From: Thermodesulfobacteriota bacterium
Lineage (GTDB): Bacteria > Desulfobacterota > Desulfarculia > JACQYL01
NCBI GenBank assembly: GCA_963675595.2
Contig: CAXXLZ010000001.1
Coordinates: 928,001-992,000 of the forward strand
Direction: 5' to 3'
DNA length: 64,000 nt
Position 1 is the first letter of the stretch, and each line of letters begins with the position of its first letter. Positions 21,407-29,242 of this stretch are shown here, in pieces. Both the position numbers and the translations under genes were made by a program. The notes below the pieces were generated by a model. That model did no database searches. It had not been told where the DNA came from and saw nothing but the letters and a program-made list of their open reading frames with translations.

Positions 21407-22348
21407 ATGGACGGCGGGGAAAGCAGGAAGATTCTGGTCGCGTTGGACGGTTCGGCTCAGTCGATGGCCGCGGTGAAATACGTGGCTGCCACGGCCTTCG
21501 ATGGGGAAGCGAGGCTTGTCCTCACTCACGTTCTAAGCAGGGTCCCGGAAAGCTGTTACGATCTGGCCAAGTTCCCGGACCTCAAAGAGAAAGTGGCTGT
21601 TCTCCGGGAGTGGGATGCAAGCAATGAGAAGGCGGTTCGGGATTTTCTGAAAAAGTGCGAGGAAGTATGCTGGGCGGAAGGATTGGCGGAGAATCGTGTT
21701 CACGTGGCGGTCAAGGAATTGCAGCGGGGCGTTGCCCGCGACCTTCTGGATGAATCCCGTGACGGATATTCAGCCGTGGTCCTTGGAAGAGTGGGGAAAA
21801 GCAAAGTCAAAGATCTTGTGATGGGGAGCGTGGCCAACAAACTGATAGGGCGTCTGGGGCACGTTCCCGTTTGGGTAATCGGCGGCAACCCGAAACCGGG
21901 GCGTCTTCTCGTTGCAATGGACGGCTCGGAGACCTCGCTGAAAACGGTCCGATACGTGGCTTCAACGCTGGATATGCGCAGACAGGAAGTGTGCCTTTAC
22001 CACGTAAGTCGCGCTACGGAGAGTTCGGACCTGCACGGCGGCCCGGTGGACGCCGACTTGGATCTTTATATTCAAGGCTTGTACCGGGACCAAACGGACC
22101 GCGTGATGCGGGAAGCGAGGGACCTGCTGATTGCGGCGGGCGCGGAACCGCAACGGCTGAAATTGAAATATGAATCCGGCAAGGCCTCGCGGGCGGACGC
22201 CATCGTCCAGGAGGCCGATTGCGGGGGTTATGACACCATAGTGCTCGGTCGGAAGGGAGTCTCCAAGGTCGAGGAATTTCTGATAGGACGTGTGAGCGCC
22301 AAGGTGCTCCACAAAGCGAGAGAACAAGCGGTATGGGTGGTGGATTAG
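21407..22348 (+). CDS. Tandem-domain universal stress protein
   Basis: ILVALDGS and LLVAMDGS, two G.G...MGSV / IGRVS motifs. Confidence 0.9.
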   Translation: MDGGESRKILVALDGSAQSMAAVKYVAATAFDGEARLVLTHVLSRVPESCYDLAKFPDLKEKVAVLREWDASNEKAVRDFLKKCEEVCWAEGLAENRVHVAVKELQRGVARDLLDESRDGYSAVVLGRVGKSKVKDLVMGSVANKLIGRLGHVPVWVIGGNPKPGRLLVAMDGSETSLKTVRYVASTLDMRRQEVCLYHVSRATESSDLHGGPVDADLDLYIQGLYRDQTDRVMREARDLLIAAGAEPQRLKLKYESGKASRADAIVQEADCGGYDTIVLGRKGVSKVEEFLIGRVSAKVLHKAREQAVWVVD

Positions 22349-22484
22349 CGGCTTTCGACCACTAAGGGGAAGGATGCTCCGCCCGTGGAAAGCCGCTTGG
22401 AAGGCCGTTGCGCCCTTTTTGCAGCCCGTTGGAGACGGGGTGTAATCGGTTCTGAACATCCTGATAGTCGGAGGTAGTCGGGCA

Positions 22485-23426
22485 ATGGGGAATACCAAGA
22501 AGAGAATTTTGGCGGCTGTAGACGGTTCGGTGCATTCACTTGAAGCCGTGAAGTATGTAGGCACGCTGCTGCCGGCGGAAAAAGTGGAAGTGACCCTGTT
22601 CAACGTGAAGGACAAGATTCCGGAGTTGTACTACGATGTTGAAGTCAACCCGGAGTTTCACCCGACCCTCGGAGCTTTCAAGGAGTGGGCTTTGGAGGAG
22701 GAGAAAGCCGTCGATGAATTCATGAACAAATGTCGGGAGTCTTTGGTCGAAAACGGCGTTCCCGGTGACGCGGTAACCATTGCGGTGCGGGAAAGGCGGC
22801 AAGGAATCGCCCGTGACATAGCCGAGGAGTCCCGGAATGGATACGACGCGGTGGCCGTGGGAAAACGGGGTCGAAGTCCGTTAAAGGACCTGGTGCTTGG
22901 GAGCATCGCCACGAAGCTCATCGGCAAGTTGACTCATGTGCCGCTGTGGGTGGTTGGAGGAAGGCCCCGTGCCGGAAAGGTCCTGGTAGGCTTTGACGGT
23001 TCGGAAGGCGCCATGGCGGCGGTGGACTATGTCGGAAGCATGCTTGGGGGGTCCGATGCCGAAATTTGCCTGGTGCACGTGGGGCGAGTTCTGGACATCT
23101 ATCGGGAAACCTATGAAGTGATATTCAATTCCGAGGAAACTCAGAAGTGGCTTGATGAAGCCAAGGTTCAAATTTCATCGGCCATGGAAAAGGCGAAGGC
23201 GCGACTCATGGATGCGGGAATTCCGGAGAATCGCGTGAAAGCCAAGGTGATTACGGGAAAGAGCAGCAGGGCGGAGGCCATTGTGGACGAAGCCAAGGAA
23301 AACGACTATGGCACCATCGTGGTGGGGAGGCGAGGGATTTCCAAAGTCGAGGAGTTCCTGATCGGCCGGGTCGGCAACAAGGTCATTCACCTGTCAAGAG
23401 ACGCGGCGGTTTGGGTCGTCGGCTGA
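22485..23426 (+). CDS. Tandem-domain universal stress protein (paralog of the preceding gene)
   Basis: ILAAVDGS, VLVGFDGS, GRRGISKVEEFLIGRV. Confidence 0.9.
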   Translation: MGNTKKRILAAVDGSVHSLEAVKYVGTLLPAEKVEVTLFNVKDKIPELYYDVEVNPEFHPTLGAFKEWALEEEKAVDEFMNKCRESLVENGVPGDAVTIAVRERRQGIARDIAEESRNGYDAVAVGKRGRSPLKDLVLGSIATKLIGKLTHVPLWVVGGRPRAGKVLVGFDGSEGAMAAVDYVGSMLGGSDAEICLVHVGRVLDIYRETYEVIFNSEETQKWLDEAKVQISSAMEKAKARLMDAGIPENRVKAKVITGKSSRAEAIVDEAKENDYGTIVVGRRGISKVEEFLIGRVGNKVIHLSRDAAVWVVG

Positions 23427-23855
23427 TTCGCCGTACCTTCACCCGGGACCGAGAGGTGCGGAATCTCTTCGACCGATGGGGAGTAAATTCACGCTCGGCG
23501 GAATACCGGAACCACGATTCCGCGGGCGGTTCCTTTTGGGGAGCAGGGATACGAAACCTTGCTCCCCATGTCGCGTTCGGCACTGCGGGGAAAAAGCGGC
23601 GCAATCATTCACGGGGGGGCCTGTCTATTGTAGGGGCAGGCCATAGTGCCTGCCCAAGAGACGGCCGAAGGCCCACCTTTTCCGCTGTGCCCCCCGTGCC
23701 GGCGCCCCTCTGCGGCACACCCCGTGAATAGGTGCAAAGCGTAGCCCCGCCTGATCCGGATTTGAAGACGGTTCGGATGGGCGAAGGTGTTTTCCATCCT
23801 TGCGACGGCCCCGTGTGGGGCGACGCGAGTGAGAGACTTGGAAGGAGAACCGGCC

Positions 23856-24536
23856 ATGTTGGTCAAGAATTGGATGACACGGAACGTGATCACGGTAAAC
23901 GCCGATGACTCGATGCGACGGGCCGTAGAGCTGATCAAGGAAAACAAGATCAATCGGCTCCCCGTGCTCAAGAACGGCGAGTTGGTCGGGATCGTCACCG
24001 ACGGGGACATCAAACGTGCGTCCGCTTCGGACGCCACTTCACTCGAAATCCACGAGTTGCTCTACCTGATATCAAAGATCGCCGTCGCCGATATTATGAC
24101 GCCCGACCCCATAACGGTTCCCCCGGACTATACGGTGGAAGAAGTCGCCATGATGTTGCGGGAGAAGGGGATTTCCGGTGTTCCCGTGACGGAGAACGGA
24201 AGTCTGGTAGGCATCATCACTCAGAACGATCTGTTCGATGTCTTGATCTCCCTCACGGGCATGGGAAAGCGCGGGGTACAATTCGCCTTCGATCTGGAAG
24301 ATCGGCCGGGTTCCATCAAAGAGGTGACGGACGTGATCAGGGAGTACGGAGGAAGACTCGTAAGCATCCTCAGCACCTCGGATCGTGCTCCGGAAGGCCG
24401 CAGGCAAGTCTTCATCAGGGCTCACCATCTTGACCGGGAACGGTTGCGGGAACTGAAGGAGAGATTGGCGACCAAGGCGCCCCTCAAGTACTTCGTGGAT
24501 CACGCGAGCGGTGTACGGGAAATCTATTCGGAGTGA
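23856..24536 (+). CDS. CBS-pair + ACT domain protein (AcuB-like)
   Basis: MLVKNWMT, LPV..LVGIVTD, DRPGSI ACT motif. Confidence 0.88.
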   Translation: MLVKNWMTRNVITVNADDSMRRAVELIKENKINRLPVLKNGELVGIVTDGDIKRASASDATSLEIHELLYLISKIAVADIMTPDPITVPPDYTVEEVAMMLREKGISGVPVTENGSLVGIITQNDLFDVLISLTGMGKRGVQFAFDLEDRPGSIKEVTDVIREYGGRLVSILSTSDRAPEGRRQVFIRAHHLDRERLRELKERLATKAPLKYFVDHASGVREIYSE

Positions 24537-24596
24537 TGGAGGCTTGACGGATATTCACCCCGGTCAGGGCCGCCCAACCGCGGTATATGGACAAAC

Positions 24597-25394
24597 TTAA
24601 GCCCCTTTTTCCAGGGTCTTTTTGATCATCCGGCTCACCGCCTCCTTTGCTTCGCGGCCCGGCGGATAAGACATGTGCTTGATGGGTATCACTTGAATAG
24701 TCCGTCTGGAATCGGTTTGTGCGGTATAGACATTTCCCATCGCGTCATTCACGGATTTGGGCATGGGTTTCTTGAAGCGAAGAAGGGTCTGAAGCTGTTC
24801 CATGGCGTCATTGCCCATGGGGACGATGATTCGGAAAGGGCATTCCGAGAGCAGCCGGAGCGTAAATTCTCTCTGGTGGCCTGCCGTTCGCTCTCTTTCC
24901 ATCACCGAGTCACCAAGCCAACCCTTCTTGCTCTTGTAGCGGCAAGCCTGAATCAGGACGGCATGCTCTCCTAAGCGAAAATCCCCGTCGCTGACTTCGG
25001 CAAGATACTCCTTTCCAAATTTCTCAATGTTGTTCCAAAGTCTTGACAGCTTCCGCCCACCGTCGGTTTTTGTCACAAATATCCTGTTTTTTTCGTCTCG
25101 ATTCTCCCGGTTGTAACGAGAACGAAAGAACGCGTCGTATTTTTCGAAAGTCCACTTCGGATGAAGGGACGGAATATTTTCGTCTTCGGTGATGCTCGGG
25201 TTGAGGCCCATGAAGGCCATTCCCAGCTTGGACTGGTTCCCTGAAAAGGGTTCGGGCAGTTGAAAGGGCTCATAACCCTCTCTTTTTTGCCAATCCACAA
25301 AATGGCGACAAGGATGCTTTCGATCCTGCACCGCTGCGAGTGCGTCTTCGTAGACCGCTTTGCTGTAGCTCTTCGTGATTACAACCGGCTTCAT
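24597..25394 (-). CDS. Uracil-DNA-glycosylase-superfamily-like protein
   Basis: PEPFSG...FMGLNPS (motif A-like), IIVPMG, IPIKHMS (motif B-like). Confidence 0.55.
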   Translation of the reverse strand: MKPVVITKSYSKAVYEDALAAVQDRKHPCRHFVDWQKREGYEPFQLPEPFSGNQSKLGMAFMGLNPSITEDENIPSLHPKWTFEKYDAFFRSRYNRENRDEKNRIFVTKTDGGRKLSRLWNNIEKFGKEYLAEVSDGDFRLGEHAVLIQACRYKSKKGWLGDSVMERERTAGHQREFTLRLLSECPFRIIVPMGNDAMEQLQTLLRFKKPMPKSVNDAMGNVYTAQTDSRRTIQVIPIKHMSYPPGREAKEAVSRMIKKTLEKGA

Positions 25395-25528
25395 TGATTA
25401 TTCCTCCCAGCTCCGAGTACTTTAGGTTTTGCCGCCAAACGGATTTTGGTAGCATTCAGGTAAACCAATAACCCAAGGTGGATGGATTTCAGGTTGCCGT
25501 TACGGTACGGTGCCACAGCCTCTTTCCC

Positions 25529-26188
25529 TCAACCGCGCAGCACCCCTCGATAAACCCTCCTCAGCCCGGCAAGGCCTGCCAGGCCCGAACCCATCAGCAG
25601 GATCGAGGCAGGCACCGGCACGGGATCCAATCCCAGTGTTGCACCGACATTGCCGTCGTGAACAGCCCAGACCTGGGCGAGCGTGCCGATGTAGCTTCCG
25701 TCCTGGGCGCCGGTGAACCAGTTGAAGAGCCAAGCGCCGTTAGGGTCGCCGGCCAGGGGGGTGACCGACCACCATGAGGAATTGGTGTCGGTGTAGGCAT
25801 CTATGTGTTCGAAGGGGCCCGGATTGGAAAATCCGTAATAGCCCGCGGAGTTCCCCAGGAGGACATAGTACAGGTAGGCCATTTCACTGTCGGTTTGATT
25901 GAACTTGTCGCCGGGTGGGTCCGAAGGAACCGTGGCCGGCAATCGCCAGCCGGAGACGCCCATGTAGTTCAAGGTTTGCGCCCAGACGTTGGCCTGGGGC
26001 CACGTCATCAATCCATCGTCGTCGTAACCGGAGGTCAGGGAGTATTTCGCATCCTGCAACCAAGTGAGATTTTGATCCGTATCGTAAATCAGCCCGAAAC
26101 CGTAGTCCACGAGGGAGGCGTGTAAAAGGCAAGGAGTCACTGCGGACAGCGCAGCCAAACAGCACAACAGAATCGATAGTCTTCGCAT
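25529..26188 (-). CDS. Secreted PEP-CTERM/VPLPA-CTERM sorting-domain protein (DUF1566-like)
   Basis: Signal peptide; IYD...LTWLQDA, GWRLP; C-terminal VPVPASILLMGSGLAGLAGLRR. Confidence 0.85.
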   Translation of the reverse strand: MRRLSILLCCLAALSAVTPCLLHASLVDYGFGLIYDTDQNLTWLQDAKYSLTSGYDDDGLMTWPQANVWAQTLNYMGVSGWRLPATVPSDPPGDKFNQTDSEMAYLYYVLLGNSAGYYGFSNPGPFEHIDAYTDTNSSWWSVTPLAGDPNGAWLFNWFTGAQDGSYIGTLAQVWAVHDGNVGATLGLDPVPVPASILLMGSGLAGLAGLRRVYRGVLRG

Positions 26189-26510
26189 AGATATTCCTCC
26201 AGTAGTTAAGGTCATTCCTTTACTTCCATTCAATAAGAAAAGCATTCATGGCCTCACATCAGGTTCGGTTCGACCTTTTCATCATAAGGACGGGTTGATG
26301 CCCCCAGCAAAAGGAAATACAGCTTTGGACTAAGGCGATGGGCTGCGCGAATCAAAAGAAGTATCCCGACATATACATCCGAAACTTCGGGATGTCATAT
26401 TGGTTCCAACGAACGTTCACCAAAAGCTGTGATCCAGTTTCTTTCAGGCTAAATACATCGCAAGATGCCAGGCTTGATTTCAATCATAACCATATCATTT
26501 GCTATTTTCA

Positions 26511-26630
26511 TTATTTCCTAGAACGGATGTTTGAAGATCCAATAAACGTAAGAATAGCTCCAAAAATGATAAGGGGAAGGAAATTTATCAGCAGTAGAAT
26601 GATCATGGTCCATTTAATAAATCTGATCAT
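26511..26630 (-). CDS. Putative 39-aa single-TM peptide
   Basis: Manual translation MIRFIKWTMIILLLINFLPLIIFGAILTFIGSSNIRSRK*; weak RBS; AT-rich region. Confidence 0.3.
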   Translation of the reverse strand: MIRFIKWTMIILLLINFLPLIIFGAILTFIGSSNIRSRK

Positions 26631-26699
26631 GGTTGCTCTTGACCTAAGGGTTATATGTTTTTCAAGAGTTTTGTAGGTTCTATATGCAATATGTTATCC

Positions 26700-27495
26700 G
26701 CAACAATCCCTTCCTATTCAGGTCTGTTATTCCAATGGGGGCGTCAATTACCCATCAATTAAGCAGGGAGGACGTCTCAATCCCTTCTTATTCAGGTCTG
26801 TTATTCCAATCAACGGCAATGGTGACAACCCACAAGTGTGTTGTTGTTGGTCTCAATCCCTTCTTATTCAGGTCTGTTATTCCAATAAAAACGCCCCTGT
26901 GCAAGCCCTGTTGTTAAAGGGTGGGTCTCAATCCCTTCTTATTCAGGTCTGTTATTCCAATCACATGCCCGGACCATGGCAAGGGTGGCCGACTACACGT
27001 CTCAATCCCTTCTTATTCAGGTCTGTTATTCCAATACTGGTTAAGGACGGTGTTTACGCCGGTGACGCCCTTGGGTCTCAATCCCTTCTTATTCAGGTCT
27101 GTTATTCCAATGGAGAAGAAGGAGAAGGATCTCCTGGAACTGTTGAGGAAAGTCTCAATCCCTTCTTATTCAGGTCTGTTATTCCAATCATGTCACAAGG
27201 TCGGCTTTGGTCAATTTGTCCATTGGGCAGTCTCAATCCCTTCTTATTCAGGTCTGTTATTCCAATTATACCTATATATTGGACAGCACTCCTCCTTCGT
27301 GCCTGCGTCTCAATCCCTTCTTATTCAGGTCTGTTATTCCAATGGACAACATGGCAAAGCAAGCGGTAGTACAACAGCACAAGTCTCAATCCCTTCTTAT
27401 TCAGGTCTGTTATTCCAATCGACGACGGTACAGCAGCACAAGTGTGTAGTAATGGTAGGTCTCAATCCCTTCTTATTCAGGTCTGTTATTCCAAT
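26700..27495 (-). CRISPR. CRISPR array, 11 repeats (37 bp) and 10 spacers (37-41 bp)
   Basis: + strand repeat GTCTCAATCCCTTCTTATTCAGGTCTGTTATTCCAAT; degenerate terminal repeat at 26700; minus-strand repeat ends in ATTGAGAC (type III-like 5' tag); leader on the cas2 side. Confidence 0.98.
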
Positions 27496-27774
27496 CCTCC
27501 CTTCTCCAACCTCCGAATCTTCCAATAAAAACACGTCCGATTTCGCGCATCCCCCTCGTTTGAAAAAGTAAAAATAGTTTCCTTCATGTTGTCCCTCCAA
27601 TGATCCTGTAATTTCAATAAGTTATCGTTTCGCGCAACGTTTCAGTTCCTTCCAATGATTCCGGACACTTGCATCATATCCCGCCAAATCTAAATCATGC
27701 GCGGAAAACCTACGGAACTAGTTGAAATCATTTGTTATCCTCTTTGGGTCAGCAAATATCCCAAAGATGGCAAG
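27496..27774 (-). promoter_or_regulatory. CRISPR leader
   Basis: AT-rich non-coding stretch between cas2 and the first intact repeat, containing repeated TTTCGCGCA motifs. Confidence 0.75.
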
Positions 27775-28050
27775 CTACACCACGATCACCTCCTCGTCCT
27801 CGACGATCGCACCCACTCCCACGATCTCCACTCTGTCTTTGCAGCGTTCGCAAAGCAGGTAATATCTCACTCCGTCTTCTTCCTTATCCAACTCCCGCTC
27901 CACAAGCTCACGCATCTTCAAGAACCGCCGATCGTCCAACCTGCATTCGAACACGCTCTTCTGAACCCGCCGGCCGTAGCGCGTAAGCAGCTTGGCCACC
28001 CTGTTTCGCGTCCGATCATCCACAATATCATAGGAAACCACCACATGCAT
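27775..28050 (-). CDS. cas2: CRISPR-associated endonuclease Cas2
   Basis: VVSYDIVDD.R...VQKSVFEC. Confidence 0.96.
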   Translation of the reverse strand: MHVVVSYDIVDDRTRNRVAKLLTRYGRRVQKSVFECRLDDRRFLKMRELVERELDKEEDGVRYYLLCERCKDRVEIVGVGAIVEDEEVIVV

Positions 28051-28059
28051 ACGCGCCTC

Positions 28060-29109
28060 CTATTTCATGGGATACGGCACGTATTCCCCGTTCCCCTGAA
28101 TACAACGGGCGCACAACCGTACCTGTTCGAGGCAAACGTCCCGATACGTCAATCGCTTACCCGTGGGTACATACATGACCCGCCCGTTCAGCTTCCGTTC
28201 GAACCGTGTGATGAACTTGCGCATCCCTTGATGGGTCAACAGCACCGGGTACCCCTCCTTGGGCGTTTCTGCCTCGGCGAAATCGTACGCCGCGGGTTCC
28301 TTCTCTTCCGGGTAGTAGAAGTCGGTGAGCCGGATTTCCTTTCGATTGATCATGTGCATGACCAAGGAGTCCACCAGGACGGGACGGAACTCCTCCATCA
28401 AGTCCAGCGCCAAGGAAGGCCGGCCGTAATCCACCGCATGGAGGCATCCCAGGTACGGGTCCAATCCGACCACGTTCACCTGGGTTTGCACGGCGTTGGC
28501 CAGCAGCGTGTACCCCAGACTCAACAGGGCGTTGACCGGGTCGCGGGGAGGCCTTCGGTTCCTTCCTTCGAAAATGAAACCGTCGCCCGAGATCAACTGC
28601 CCCAATCCTTGAAAGTATTCCACCGCGGCGCGGCCTTCAACGCCCATCAGGGCCTCGATGCTCTCCATCTCCTCGATGCGCCCGGACAGCAGGCGAATGC
28701 GGTGAAGCTTCTCGATCACCGGTTCCAGGCCGGTCCGTTGGTTCAATCTCCTGAGGAGGGTCCGGCTGTTGGCCAGCTTGCCGGCCAAGATTCTCTTGGC
28801 CGTGTCGAGACGAAATTCCGCATCGTCCATCTTGCGAAACTGGGCCCGACGCAACTCGATGTTCTTGCCGAATTGGGAGATCAACCGACCCCTGTACTTT
28901 CCGTGCACAGACATGAACACCGTATCGATTCCTTCGGTCAACAGATAACCGATCATGACCGGAGACAGGCTTACGTTGCCCATGACCACCACCTGGTTCA
29001 CTTTGAAGGCGTGAACCCATTGGATGGTCTTGCCCATCTTGCGCACTTCGATCCGGTCTCCGCGTTTCACAAGGCTTGCTCCCTGATCCCCCACATACAA
29101 AATGGACAT
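28060..29109 (-). CDS. cas1: CRISPR-associated endonuclease Cas1 (no RT fusion)
   Basis: GVEGRAA.YF, RRPPRDPVNALLSLGY, LDPYLGCLH, LALDLMEEFRP. Confidence 0.97.
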   Translation of the reverse strand: MSILYVGDQGASLVKRGDRIEVRKMGKTIQWVHAFKVNQVVVMGNVSLSPVMIGYLLTEGIDTVFMSVHGKYRGRLISQFGKNIELRRAQFRKMDDAEFRLDTAKRILAGKLANSRTLLRRLNQRTGLEPVIEKLHRIRLLSGRIEEMESIEALMGVEGRAAVEYFQGLGQLISGDGFIFEGRNRRPPRDPVNALLSLGYTLLANAVQTQVNVVGLDPYLGCLHAVDYGRPSLALDLMEEFRPVLVDSLVMHMINRKEIRLTDFYYPEEKEPAAYDFAEAETPKEGYPVLLTHQGMRKFITRFERKLNGRVMYVPTGKRLTYRDVCLEQVRLCARCIQGNGEYVPYPMK

Positions 29110-29242
29110 GTCCCATTTACCCGGCCGTTCAGGAGGCGAACTCCTGAAATGAAGGAGTTACAAGCCTGTTCGTCCTCGATTCGGTGAAAAACATCGCAGA
29201 AAACCGAGTGCCGATCGTCTGAGGTTTCAATTGAGCGGCTAT

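Noticed and set aside
26370-26400. Imperfect hairpin ATATACATCCGAA...TTCGGGATGTCATAT or a c-di-GMP riboswitch upstream of the PEP-CTERM gene
   Set aside because: Imperfect, single copy, and no convincing riboswitch consensus
24537-26699. att direct repeat of the tRNA-Sec 3' end marking the island's left border
   Set aside because: No copy of TGGCGGAAGTG was found by eye, so the boundary is left undefined
26811-27458. Related spacers as diversity-generating-retroelement variable-region variants
   Set aside because: In one frame the differences look like NNT/NNC changes, but synonymous third-position variation in the HKCVV frame is simpler; cannot be fully excluded without protospacers
26737-27458. 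Self-targeting spacers within the window
   Set aside because: No matches noticed by eye; a proper alignment is needed to be certain
26684-27571. ORFs with repeated peptides (LNPFLFRSVIP, SQSLLIQVCYSN)
   Set aside because: Translations of CRISPR repeats, not proteins
28060-29109. RT-Cas1 fusion explaining spacer orientation
   Set aside because: Cas1 is a plain 349-aa protein and no YADD-type RT is present in the window
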